From: an uncultured Chloroherpeton sp.
Lineage (GTDB): Bacteria > Bacteroidota > Ignavibacteria > Kapaibacteriales > UBA2268
Direction: 5' to 3'
Assembly (NCBI GenBank): GCA_964500435.1
Contig: CAZCNL010000001.1
Span: 326,542 to 390,541 of the forward strand
Length of the DNA: 64,000 nucleotides
Below are positions 32,288 through 42,352 of the stretch, piece by piece. Made by a program: the position numbers and the translations under genes. The stretch's first letter is position 1. Each line of letters opens with the position of its first letter. Below the pieces are notes generated by a model, which did no database searches, was not told the origin of the DNA, and worked only from the letters and a program-made list of their open reading frames with translations.

Positions 32288-32647
32288 TTATTTCTTTTGA
32301 TTATTTTGATTATTTTGTTGTGGTATTTGAGGCATCGGAGATTGACCAACTGGTGGTGCTGATGGAGGTAATTCGACACCTTCAATCACTGGTTTTGGTG
32401 TATTTTCACCTTGTCCGACAAAAAATTTATTTGTTGCAATAGTTAAAATCAAAATAGTTATTGCAAATCCAATAGTAATTTTCATTAATAAATCCATTGT
32501 TTTTCGACTGCCGAACATTGAGGTCAAATTACCTGTTACACCACCACCAAGACCAGCGAGCATATCGCCTTTGCCAGGTTGTAACAATACTACAAGAATC
32601 AATAAGCTTGCTATAATTATTATCAAAATAAGCATTACTGAAAACAT
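32288..32647 (-). CDS. secG: preprotein translocase subunit SecG
   Basis: LLILVVLLQPGKGDMLAGLGGG signature; Pro/Gln-rich tail. Confidence 0.85.
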   Translation of the reverse strand: MFSVMLILIIIIASLLILVVLLQPGKGDMLAGLGGGVTGNLTSMFGSRKTMDLLMKITIGFAITILILTIATNKFFVGQGENTPKPVIEGVELPPSAPPVGQSPMPQIPQQNNQNNQKK

Positions 32648-32731
32648 TTTTCACCTTGTGAATTTTATAATTAAGCAAATTAACTAAATTTGATGAATTA
32701 ACAAAATTATAATCCTGAATTTACTATTTTT

Positions 32732-33850
32732 TTAGTTGTCCCGATAAATAATTTTTGCAACCAAATGTAAATCATTACCTATTGTTTCAGACTTTTTTAT
32801 TTCAAGTTTGGGAGTTTTTGCAATCGTTGAAAAACTCAAATGTCCAAAAGACTGTAAGCCGCCACCAATAATGATTGGTGCAATAAAGAAATGTAATTCA
32901 TCAACTAATTTAGATTTGATAAAACTTGAATATGTTTGAGAACCACCTTCGACAAGAAGCGAAGTAATATTATATTTATTTGACAAAACATTCACAACTT
33001 CTTGGATATCCAAATATCCACCTTCATTTTCTAAAGGTTCGATTTTAATTCCCGCAAGAGATAATGTCTTTGCTTTTCTATTATGGATTGCTTTTTGATT
33101 ACAAAAAATTATAGTGTTGCTTCTGTCTCCATTTTTAAATATATTCAAATCAAGTGGCAAAGTTAAATCACTATCTAAAATAACTTTTTTTGGTGTTGGA
33201 AGGTCTAATTCTCGAACAGTTAAAAAGGGATTATCCATTAAAACAGTGTTCTTCCCTACTAATATAGCATCTGCTTCAGACCTTAATACTTGAACTGCAA
33301 AGCGTGATTCCTCAGATGTAATCCACTTCGACTGCCCATTTTTTTGAGCAATATTCCCATCAATAGTTTGAGCAATTTTTAATGATATATAAGGTTTTTT
33401 TTGGGTGATAAATTTAAAAAATGCTTTGTTCAATTCAAGACATTCACTTTCATGAACTCCTGTAATAACTTCAATTCCTGCATCCCTAAGTTTTTGAACA
33501 CCTTTACCACTTATTTCAGGATTTTGGTCTAAAGTTCCAATTACAACCCGAGAGAATTTTTTTTCAATAATTAAATCAGCGCAAGGTGGCGTTTTACCAA
33601 AAATTGTACAGGGTTCTAAAGTTACAACCAAAGTGTGTTCTTGAAATGAATTTAATTTTGTTGAATTGATAGCTTCAACTTCGGCATGATTACCGCCGAA
33701 GATTTTATGCCAACCTTCTCCAATTATTTTTCCATTTTTATCGAGTATAACTGCTCCAACACGTGGATTTGGACTGACATATCCTGTCCCACGTTTTGCT
33801 AATTCAATTGCTTTTAACATTGCTGACGAATATTCACTCATTTTTTCCAA
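32732..33850 (-). CDS. ribD: bifunctional riboflavin biosynthesis deaminase/reductase
   Basis: CMP/dCMP deaminase motif HAEVEAI...LEPC plus a C-terminal reductase domain. Confidence 0.85.
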   Translation of the reverse strand: MEKMSEYSSAMLKAIELAKRGTGYVSPNPRVGAVILDKNGKIIGEGWHKIFGGNHAEVEAINSTKLNSFQEHTLVVTLEPCTIFGKTPPCADLIIEKKFSRVVIGTLDQNPEISGKGVQKLRDAGIEVITGVHESECLELNKAFFKFITQKKPYISLKIAQTIDGNIAQKNGQSKWITSEESRFAVQVLRSEADAILVGKNTVLMDNPFLTVRELDLPTPKKVILDSDLTLPLDLNIFKNGDRSNTIIFCNQKAIHNRKAKTLSLAGIKIEPLENEGGYLDIQEVVNVLSNKYNITSLLVEGGSQTYSSFIKSKLVDELHFFIAPIIIGGGLQSFGHLSFSTIAKTPKLEIKKSETIGNDLHLVAKIIYRDN

Positions 33851-34773
33851 TAATTAATTTGTGTGACATAATCTTTGGGTTTTGCAGGAATAATAAATGT
33901 TACTTCATTTTCCCCGTTAATTTTATAATTTTTGTTTTTATTCAAGTTGTAATCAATTTTATAAATTTTATAATCTCCCACCATAGATGGTTCAACCTTC
34001 CCTATTATTTGCATAAAATTTAGTCCCTCACTTGAATTCCAACTCGTTCCATTTTCTTTATCTTTCATTAATACTCTGAAAGTTTCACTGGTTGGTGCAA
34101 ATTCCCCTGTATTTGGCATTAATCTTATAGCTAATAAATTGAAATCAATAATATCTTTTTGCTCTTCAATCCATGGAATGAGCTTAAGAAATTCATTTTT
34201 ATCAAAATCAATTTTGGGAAAAATATTATTTCCATCAATGACTTTATTTATTTGACCAAGACTTGTTTCTAAGTTCAACTCAACTTGACTATCAATTTCT
34301 TTTGAATTGATTAAATCCTTGAAATCTTTACCGGCAATAAAGAGCAAGTTTTTATCAATTGAAGTTATGAAAATGAAAGTCCCTTTCAAACTAGTAGAAC
34401 TTGATGAGTAAGTACCACCGAAAATTGTATCAAAGCTGGCAATATACTCTCTTTTTTTGTTTAAAAAATGACTATGAATAATTAATTTGCTGCTCTTTAT
34501 ATCAATAATTTCATTATTTTTTGCAACAATATTTACAATTGCAAAAAACCTTACACTATCTGATGATTCCGTCGCAATAATATCAACTGACAAGTTTTTA
34601 TCTTCGACTTTTTTGATATTTATCGATGTGCAAGCTGAAACAAACAAAAGAAAGAATAGAACTAAAACGATTTTCATTTCTATGATAATTTTTATTTTGT
34701 AAATTATATAAAATTTTTCTCTTTTGCAATAAGTTTGTGTCTTAATTACGAAAATTTTATTAATTTTGTTCAA
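33838..34773 (-). CDS. hypothetical lipoprotein (co-transcribed upstream of ribD)
   Basis: Lipobox LFVSACTS; overlaps the ribD start by 13 nt. Confidence 0.4.
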   Translation of the reverse strand: MNKINKIFVIKTQTYCKREKFYIIYKIKIIIEMKIVLVLFFLLFVSACTSINIKKVEDKNLSVDIIATESSDSVRFFAIVNIVAKNNEIIDIKSSKLIIHSHFLNKKREYIASFDTIFGGTYSSSSTSLKGTFIFITSIDKNLLFIAGKDFKDLINSKEIDSQVELNLETSLGQINKVIDGNNIFPKIDFDKNEFLKLIPWIEEQKDIIDFNLLAIRLMPNTGEFAPTSETFRVLMKDKENGTSWNSSEGLNFMQIIGKVEPSMVGDYKIYKIDYNLNKNKNYKINGENEVTFIIPAKPKDYVTQINYWKK

Positions 34774-34828
34774 TTAATTGAGAAATTTAATTTCTTGATT
34801 AAATTTATCAACGGGGGAAATTTTTTTA

Positions 34829-35587
34829 ATGAAATCAAAATTTTTATTTTTTATATTTTCAATTCATTTTTTTAGTTATATACTTTATTCTGGAAGTTCT
34901 GGAGAGCAGTTTTCTTATGAAACTCAATTTTTAGTTAATAAACCAACTGCAAGTTCAATTTCCTTTAAATCAGAAATTTTTAGTTTGAATTTTTCGGGAA
35001 ACTCGAATTTTGTTTTAAATGGAGAGTATTCACCTTTTGAAAACTTCTCAGTAGGTTTGGCTTTTGGTGGTAATAATTTTTTTGGTAAAGACAAGGTTAT
35101 TTTTCAAAGTTATCCAGGAATTTTATTAAAGTACCGCTTCATCAATGAAAATAAATACATACCTGCAATTGCAATTGGTTTTAATTCTCAAGGTTATGGA
35201 AATTTCAACGAAAAATTAAAGGAATTTGAAATCAATTCACCTGGTTTTTACTTGGTACTTAGTAAATCTTTTAAATGGAAATATGGTTATGTAGCATGGC
35301 ATTTAGGTGCAAATTACTCTTTCGAACCAGCCTCGAATTTGCGAAAAATTAATCCTTACTTAGGTTTTGAACATACTTTAGGTAAAAGAAGTTCCTTAAA
35401 TTTTGAATATGACTTTCAATCTCCTTATAATCCCAATTTTGTTTTATCCAAAAGTATATATAACATTTCATTACGATATTCGATTGATATGAATACTACT
35501 CTTGAATTAAAATTCGTTGATTTATTCCATACAAATTCTGACTTGCAACGTTTATTGAAAGTTGAATTTATTGGATACTTTTTTTAA
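34829..35587 (+). CDS. putative outer-membrane beta-barrel protein
   Basis: Signal peptide; alternating hydrophobic pattern; C-terminal aromatic (...IGYFF). Confidence 0.4.
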   Translation: MKSKFLFFIFSIHFFSYILYSGSSGEQFSYETQFLVNKPTASSISFKSEIFSLNFSGNSNFVLNGEYSPFENFSVGLAFGGNNFFGKDKVIFQSYPGILLKYRFINENKYIPAIAIGFNSQGYGNFNEKLKEFEINSPGFYLVLSKSFKWKYGYVAWHLGANYSFEPASNLRKINPYLGFEHTLGKRSSLNFEYDFQSPYNPNFVLSKSIYNISLRYSIDMNTTLELKFVDLFHTNSDLQRLLKVEFIGYFF

Positions 35588-35691
35588 TTTATTCTATTTA
35601 ACAAATATTTTTCTTATAAATTAATTAAATAAAGGTTACTAAGCAAATATTCTTTAATTTTCGTAATTTTGAACAATAAATAAAATAGCAC

Positions 35692-36921
35692 TTGATGAAA
35701 GTATTACTTGTAACAATGAAAAACCCTTTTGGAGCGAAAGATGGAGGTTCTTTAGCAATATTAAATGTGATTGAAGGATATAAAAAATTAGGTTTCGAAG
35801 TTACACTTTTGATGATGAACACTCTTAAGCATTTTATTCCACTCTCTCAATTGAAACCAAAAATTGATGAATTGGGTGTTGAAGTTATTGATATGACTAT
35901 TGACACAGGTATAAAACCATTTGATGCATTGAAAAACCTTCTTTTTTCAAATTTACCCTATAATCTTGAACGGTTTTATAGCAAAAAATTTGCCCAAATC
36001 TTAAGCGATTTGATAACAAATAACAATTTTTCATTTATACAATTTGAAAGTAGCTACATAGGTCTTTATATTGATATAGTCAAAGAAAAAGCTCCTAATG
36101 TTCCTTTATTTCTCAGAGCTCATAATGTTGAATACGAGATTTGGGAAAGGAACAGCTCTGTTCAAAAAAATTTTCTAAAAAAAATATATTTTAAGATTAT
36201 CGCCCAACGCTTTAAAAAATGGGAAGAATCTCTGTTTTGTAAATATAACGCTATCTTACCTATTACAACAAGAGATAAGAACAAAATACAAAAAAATTGT
36301 CCAAATGGTAAATTCTTTACACTTCCATATACAATCAATATCGCCGATTTTCCCTACGAGGAAATTAAATTAAATGATTTATCAATTGCATATCTTGGAG
36401 CATTAGATTGGATACCTAATCAAGAAGGTATCTTATGGTTTTTAGAAAATGTTTGGGATAGGATTTACAATTATTATCCAGGATTAAAATTTTATATTGC
36501 AGGACGCAATGCACCTGATTGGTTGGAACGTAAAATTAAATCTCATCCAGTTGAATATTTAGGCGAAATTTCAGATGCACGTGCCTATCAATTAGAACAC
36601 CCAATCTTTGTTGTGCCTTTGCTCTCTGGAAGTGGAATGAGGATTAAAATTATCGAGCAAATGGCATTAGGTCGTGTTGTCATTTCAACTCCTATTGGTG
36701 CTGAAGGTATTGATATTACAAATATGGAAAATGGTTTGTTGGCTCAAGAGCCTGATGATTTCATCAAAAATATTGATTATCTTTATAGAAATCCAGATGG
36801 AATTAGATATATTTCAAAAAATGCTCGCTTAACTGTTGAAAGTTTATTTGATGCTAAAGAAATTTTCGAAAAATTATACAAATTTATAATTAAAGTTCTT
36901 GAAGAAAATCAAAACAAATAA
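35692..36921 (+). CDS. glycosyltransferase family 4 (GT4/GT1 clan)
   Basis: GT-B architecture; the E...E region near the C-terminus resembles the EX7E motif. Confidence 0.65.
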   Translation: MMKVLLVTMKNPFGAKDGGSLAILNVIEGYKKLGFEVTLLMMNTLKHFIPLSQLKPKIDELGVEVIDMTIDTGIKPFDALKNLLFSNLPYNLERFYSKKFAQILSDLITNNNFSFIQFESSYIGLYIDIVKEKAPNVPLFLRAHNVEYEIWERNSSVQKNFLKKIYFKIIAQRFKKWEESLFCKYNAILPITTRDKNKIQKNCPNGKFFTLPYTINIADFPYEEIKLNDLSIAYLGALDWIPNQEGILWFLENVWDRIYNYYPGLKFYIAGRNAPDWLERKIKSHPVEYLGEISDARAYQLEHPIFVVPLLSGSGMRIKIIEQMALGRVVISTPIGAEGIDITNMENGLLAQEPDDFIKNIDYLYRNPDGIRYISKNARLTVESLFDAKEIFEKLYKFIIKVLEENQNK

Positions 36922-36942
36922 TTTAATCTTTTTTATGTTAAC

Positions 36943-37338
36943 TTAACGTGGTTCCCAGGCTTCTCCACCACAAGGAATATAATCTTCAGTGACATGTTCA
37001 TCAAGAATTGTGCAGAGCTGACTTGTTTTATCAAAATATCGACATTTCCCACACAAAGTATTTTCCAAAATATCTTCCGACTTTTTGTTAAACTCTTTGT
37101 ATTTATTATATGCGGGAAAAGCAACTAAAAACCATAAAAATAATGCAACAAACCACCAGTTTGCTCTTAAATCAAATATATCATTTAAACTTAGTGCTAA
37201 TAACATAATAGCGGCTGTTCGAAATATTACCCCAGAAATTATCGATCCTGTTGTTATAATCGGTTTTTGTTCTTCATCAAGACTTGAATCTGTTGTAAAA
37301 TTTAAAATTCGATATAATCTTAAAAAAAATTTTTCCAT
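36943..37338 (-). CDS. small two-TM membrane protein with C-terminal Cys4 zinc-ribbon-like tail
   Basis: Two hydrophobic helices followed by CGKCRYFDK...C...CGGEAW. Confidence 0.4.
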   Translation of the reverse strand: MEKFFLRLYRILNFTTDSSLDEEQKPIITTGSIISGVIFRTAAIMLLALSLNDIFDLRANWWFVALFLWFLVAFPAYNKYKEFNKKSEDILENTLCGKCRYFDKTSQLCTILDEHVTEDYIPCGGEAWEPR

Positions 37339-37398
37339 ACTTTCTAATTTATGGTTTATATTATCGTAATTTTCTAAATTATATTGTAAAAAACAATA

Positions 37399-37436
37399 AA
37401 TAAAAAAAGGACTACTATGTTAAAGTAGTCCTTTTA
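37399..37436 (-). terminator. intrinsic terminator after rpsA
   Basis: Stem aaaggactact/agtagtccttt; a T-run follows on the minus strand. Confidence 0.5.
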
Positions 37437-37459
37437 GTTGAATATAATATTAAATATTT

Positions 37460-39490
37460 TTATTCAGAATCTTCTGTTTTATCATTCTCTTCGGATTTTC
37501 CATCTTCTTTAGTTTCTAAAGTTTCATTGCTTTGCTTTTCAGTTTCTTGTTGAATTTTCGCAGTAATATCTGATAAGCGAACAGGTTCAGTATTCTTAAT
37601 TTCAATTGGCGTTTCCTTTTTGACTTCTTCGAAAGCTTCGTCAATACTTGGATAGAAGTTAATCTCTTGCTTTAAGTAAGCTTCAGTTTCACTTTCCATA
37701 CTTGCAATTTCTTCACGCAATGATTCTGGTTGTACCTCGTAATTTGAATACTGGTCAGCATTTGGAACAGGATGTTGTGCATTATATTGTTCGATAATCG
37801 AAGCATCTTTCCCTCTTAAAGCTTCAACAGCTGAAAGAACTATTTTCTTTGCTTCTTTATCAAACTCAACAACTTTTAATGGTAAAATATCGTCAAGTTT
37901 GAAGAACTCGCCAATGCTGCTAACCGGTGCAAAGGAAAGTTGTGAAACTGGCACAAAACCATCGACTGTATCAGGCAATTCAACAATGATACCTTTTTCA
38001 ATTATTCGAACTATTTTACCTGTAGTTTCTTCGCCTACTTTATATTTATTTTCGAGATAATCCCAAGGATTTGGTTGAACTTGTTTGTGTCCAAGCGAAA
38101 TTCTTCTTTGTTCTAAATCAATTCCAATAACCTTAACTAATAATGTATCACCTTTTTTAACAAATTCACCCGGATGACGAATTTTCTTAGTCCAGGACAA
38201 ATCACTAATATGTACTAAACCATCAACGCCAGGTTCCAATTCAACAAATGCACCAAAATTAGTAATATTTCGTACTGTCCCACGATGTTCAGAATCGATT
38301 GGGTATCTCTTCATCAAATCTTCCCATGGGTCAGGAAGCAGTTGTTTCATTCCAAGCGCTAATTTTTTATTATCTTTATCAATATTTAAAACAACAGCTT
38401 CAACATCTTGACCTAATGATACTACTTGTGATGGATGTTTAATATGTTGTGTCCATGACATTTCACTTATGTGTATTAATCCTTCGATACCTTTTTCAAT
38501 TTCAATAAATGCACCATAATCAGTCAAGCTAACGACTTTTCCTGAAACCTTAGTTCCTGGAAGATATTTATCACCAATTGAATCCCAAGGATGAGGAGTT
38601 AATTGTTTCATTCCTAAAGAAATTCGTTTCTTGTCTTGGTCGAAATCTAAAATGACAACTTTCACTTGTTGGTCTAATGTAACTATTTCAGAAGGATGTG
38701 TAACACGTCCCCAAGATAAATCTGTTATATGAACTAAACCATCAACGCCGCCTAAGTCAACAAATACACCAAAGTCTGCAATTGCTTTAACAACGCCTTC
38801 GAGTACTAAACCTTTTTCAAGACGTGACATAATTTCAAGACGTTGACCACTTAATTCTTCTTCAAGGAGTATCTTATGGCTTACAACAACGTTGTAATTA
38901 GACATATTTACTTTAACAATCTTTATATCGATATTTTGTCCAACCCAAGAATCAAAATCACGAACCGGACGAACATCAATTTGTGAACCTGGCAAAAATG
39001 CTTCAACACCAAGCAAATCAACAACCATTCCACCTTTAATTCTTCGTAATATTTTAACACTGAATGTTTCTTGTTTTTCATGTATTTCGAGAATTCTATC
39101 CCAAATTTTCATAAAGTCAGCACGACGACGGGATAAGACAACTCGTCCTGAATTATCTTCTAATTTTTCAACGTAAACCTCAATTTCCTCACCGGGCTTG
39201 TATGATTCAGGGTTGATTAATTCTCCTTTAGGTATAAATCCATAAGATTTGAAACCTATGTCAACAATTACTTCATCTTTTACAAAATCAACTATTTTCC
39301 CTTTTACTAATTGCTCTTCTTTTATATCCTCAAAAGACTCTTTGAATAACTTACTAAATGTATCGTTATCCATTTCGAGACCTTCAAAACCCGAATCAAG
39401 CAATTGGGAAACACTTTTGAATTTTGTTGTAATTGGTGTCTTTTCATTTGAAACGACTAGATTAGTCATTTCTTGATTCATTTCTTCCAT
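37460..39490 (-). CDS. rpsA: 30S ribosomal protein S1 with acidic C-terminal extension
   Basis: Six S1 repeats (...GKVVSLTDYGAFIEI..., GTVRNITNFGAFVEL...); about 110-aa Glu/Asp/Lys-rich tail. Confidence 0.9.
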   Translation of the reverse strand: MEEMNQEMTNLVVSNEKTPITTKFKSVSQLLDSGFEGLEMDNDTFSKLFKESFEDIKEEQLVKGKIVDFVKDEVIVDIGFKSYGFIPKGELINPESYKPGEEIEVYVEKLEDNSGRVVLSRRRADFMKIWDRILEIHEKQETFSVKILRRIKGGMVVDLLGVEAFLPGSQIDVRPVRDFDSWVGQNIDIKIVKVNMSNYNVVVSHKILLEEELSGQRLEIMSRLEKGLVLEGVVKAIADFGVFVDLGGVDGLVHITDLSWGRVTHPSEIVTLDQQVKVVILDFDQDKKRISLGMKQLTPHPWDSIGDKYLPGTKVSGKVVSLTDYGAFIEIEKGIEGLIHISEMSWTQHIKHPSQVVSLGQDVEAVVLNIDKDNKKLALGMKQLLPDPWEDLMKRYPIDSEHRGTVRNITNFGAFVELEPGVDGLVHISDLSWTKKIRHPGEFVKKGDTLLVKVIGIDLEQRRISLGHKQVQPNPWDYLENKYKVGEETTGKIVRIIEKGIIVELPDTVDGFVPVSQLSFAPVSSIGEFFKLDDILPLKVVEFDKEAKKIVLSAVEALRGKDASIIEQYNAQHPVPNADQYSNYEVQPESLREEIASMESETEAYLKQEINFYPSIDEAFEEVKKETPIEIKNTEPVRLSDITAKIQQETEKQSNETLETKEDGKSEENDKTEDSE

Positions 39491-39586
39491 TTTGGCTCCT
39501 TATTTCAACATAGAATTGCCAAATTTTCTATGCTGATTTTGTTAAACATTTGTTAATTAAAAGATTACAAAATTAATAAATTGTTT

Positions 39587-42352
39587 TTATTTAACAATAA
39601 ATCTCTTTGAAACTATTTTATTTCCATTTTCTAATTTTATTAAATAATTGCCGGAATTTATGTTCTGTAAAGGTATTGTTATTTGTTCGTCTATGTTATT
39701 TATTGAATTTGAGTAAATCAATTTTCCTTGTATGTCGAATATGCTAATATTAACCAATCCCTTCATATCAACTGTTGATATATTGATTAGATTTTTTGCT
39801 GGATTCGGAAAAACATAAATCAAATTATCAGGCCCCGGTTCCTGTACTAATGAGTATGAACCTAAGAAAAATGTATATTTGATTCCGTGTCCAAAATCAG
39901 GATTGAAGACTTTTAAATTTTTACCTGTTGCATCTGTTATTCTTAATGAACCGTTTCCTTGGTCTGGAAATGCCCAATACGAAAGTCCATAATTATTGAT
40001 ATCTGTTACTTCTAAGGTGTAACATCCTTGGGGTAAGTTAAAAGTTTCGTTATAAGTCGTACTATTTAATAAATTATCTTTTGAAAAAACAATATTGCCT
40101 TGAACGTCTTTTAATACATAAGAAAAGTCATTTCCTCGTAGATTGGTCTTCAGTTCAAATTTTGAATCATATGGCAACAAATCAGGCATATTAAAATATG
40201 ATTTAAACTCATCATTTACATTGTACTCATCTACTTTGTTATTTGGATTTGAAATTTTAACAACAAATAAATTCTTGCCGTCACCCAACCAAAAATCACT
40301 TGTTGGTATAGGAAGAACAATTCGTTGACTTTGCATTGATTTGATTTGACCTTCCCAGTGATATTTTTGATTTAAACCTCCTTGTACGAAATATTCAAAA
40401 TCTAAACTTTTCAAATCATCTCGTCCATTGTTTCTAATTACAATTTGCGGGTCCGAACAAATTGGATTTACTCTCGAATAATAATCGAATTTAGAAGGCA
40501 TAATTACATCGTAAATTTCGGCGTCGATATTATGAGTTAATTCGCCGTATTCGATTAAATGATATGCTGCAACATAATTTCCGTTCCCCATCCCCAAATT
40601 ATTTTCAGGCACTTTTGTAATATCATAATCTAAATCAATTTTATTATCTTTTACATAATCGGTTACTTCAAAACAATTGTCTTTAACCACATCACCGGGA
40701 CACCAACCTTCTCGGCTGCCAGGCCAAGTGCCACCTTGAGGATAAACGGGATTTGTTGCACAGTCATTTGTTTGCCAAATATGCCAATTTTCTATCATTT
40801 TACCATTTGAATACAAATAATGAGTATTATCCTTCCATTCACAGCAATGAGGATAATTGCCATCATTGCTATTATGTCCGTGTCCTGTTAATCGGGTTAT
40901 TAGCTTGAATTGCTTGGATTCTGGTAAAACATTGATCGTTGTGTCTCTTAAATATTTGTCGCTACTTAAATCTTTATAAAGATATGATTTCATTGGTCCC
41001 CAAACTTTATCTATTCTATTAACTCGTCTTGGAGGAGTGCCTTTTATAAATAAAAATTTAACATCCAATAATTCTTGTAAGTTTCCAGCAGCAAAATCAA
41101 CTGTATCATGTAAAAGAGGCTCGTAATCAGTAACATCATAAACCCAAGTAAATCCATTAGGTCCTAAATCTAAATTTATACCGTATGGTGTAATAAATCT
41201 TCCTATCTCAGTTACATCTTTAATTTCAAAGGGTTCAGAATAATATTCAATTGTATTATTAACAAAATATCCATCTGGTTTATTATAAACAGAATCAATT
41301 ATATTACCATTTTCATCATAGTAATAGCACCAATTAGCTTTATTATAATATTTGATATTATCAATTATTGGTTTATGATTATTTATTGTAAATTCAACAA
41401 TTGAAATTGGTTCAAATGTGTATGTTATATTTTCCTCAACAGAATCAACATTTACAACAAAATCACCTTTTGATATATTCATTCGAGGAATAAATCCAAT
41501 ATCTTGAATATACCGATAAATATCTGTGGCATTAGTTGTAACCCATCTTGGTGTTCCTATTAACTTGCCATCATAATGGTTCTTTGAGTTATCTGATGCT
41601 ATATAACCTTCTGTTTCATCAAATTGATAATATGCAACTAAGTTTTTATAGTTTGGATGATTTGGTTGCAACACCACACTTTTCCACGCATCCAAAGCAT
41701 CACCAAGCAAAGCTTCATCCCAAATTCTAACTTCATCTATTGAGCCGGTAATTGAAGATGTTTGGTTTGCATTTGATGAAATTGTCAAAGGAGAGATATC
41801 ATTTGCTGTTGAACTTGGTAAAATTCCTGTATAAGTCAATTTCACTTCTTTCCCATTAATATATAACTTTAGCTTTTCTTCGTTAGTACTTTTTGTCCCA
41901 TCAAATACCATCGCTAAATGATTCCAATCTCCTGTTTTTATTGCACCTAAGACATAGCCAAATGTATTATCAGGGTTGCTTACTTTGCAGTATATTTGTC
42001 CAAGTTGGTCTCCTGTTCCAAAAAAGATAGAATTACCTTTACTAACAAAAGCACTTTTGTTCGTCCATTTTTTAACATTAACCCAGGCTTCAATGGTAAA
42101 TTTTTGCACATTGTTTAATTCTGAAATATTACCGCAATTAACATAATCATTTGCAGAGTTGAATTCTAAAAAATGTTCTTCTTGGACTGAATAAATTCCA
42201 TTTATCGCAGGAGAAACATCGAGCAATAATTCATCATTATTTTCTTGTTCAAAACTAATATCGATATTTAAGTTTTGAAATTGTGTCCAATAAAAAGGTT
42301 TAATAAAAAACAATGTCTTGCCAACCTGATTGCTTAATTTCATAATCTCCAA
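39587..42352 (-). CDS. LamG (concanavalin-like) domain protein with T9SS C-terminal sorting domain; probably the C-terminal portion of a frameshifted larger gene
   Basis: LamG-like TGSIDEVRIWDEAL; C-terminal ...VFPNPAKNLINISTVD...FDIQGKLIYSN...YLIKL; no N-terminal signal peptide. Confidence 0.55.
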   Translation of the reverse strand: MEIMKLSNQVGKTLFFIKPFYWTQFQNLNIDISFEQENNDELLLDVSPAINGIYSVQEEHFLEFNSANDYVNCGNISELNNVQKFTIEAWVNVKKWTNKSAFVSKGNSIFFGTGDQLGQIYCKVSNPDNTFGYVLGAIKTGDWNHLAMVFDGTKSTNEEKLKLYINGKEVKLTYTGILPSSTANDISPLTISSNANQTSSITGSIDEVRIWDEALLGDALDAWKSVVLQPNHPNYKNLVAYYQFDETEGYIASDNSKNHYDGKLIGTPRWVTTNATDIYRYIQDIGFIPRMNISKGDFVVNVDSVEENITYTFEPISIVEFTINNHKPIIDNIKYYNKANWCYYYDENGNIIDSVYNKPDGYFVNNTIEYYSEPFEIKDVTEIGRFITPYGINLDLGPNGFTWVYDVTDYEPLLHDTVDFAAGNLQELLDVKFLFIKGTPPRRVNRIDKVWGPMKSYLYKDLSSDKYLRDTTINVLPESKQFKLITRLTGHGHNSNDGNYPHCCEWKDNTHYLYSNGKMIENWHIWQTNDCATNPVYPQGGTWPGSREGWCPGDVVKDNCFEVTDYVKDNKIDLDYDITKVPENNLGMGNGNYVAAYHLIEYGELTHNIDAEIYDVIMPSKFDYYSRVNPICSDPQIVIRNNGRDDLKSLDFEYFVQGGLNQKYHWEGQIKSMQSQRIVLPIPTSDFWLGDGKNLFVVKISNPNNKVDEYNVNDEFKSYFNMPDLLPYDSKFELKTNLRGNDFSYVLKDVQGNIVFSKDNLLNSTTYNETFNLPQGCYTLEVTDINNYGLSYWAFPDQGNGSLRITDATGKNLKVFNPDFGHGIKYTFFLGSYSLVQEPGPDNLIYVFPNPAKNLINISTVDMKGLVNISIFDIQGKLIYSNSINNIDEQITIPLQNINSGNYLIKLENGNKIVSKRFIVK

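Noticed and set aside
32732-34828. FMN riboswitch upstream of ribD or ribE
   Set aside because: Both rib genes are overlapped at the 5' end by upstream CDSs (lipoprotein and rnr), leaving no ~140-nt leader.
36933-37369. Three mutually overlapping ORFs downstream of the GT4 gene
   Set aside because: Only the minus-strand 131-aa ORF (36943-37338) has TM helices and a Cys motif. The others are frame overlaps.
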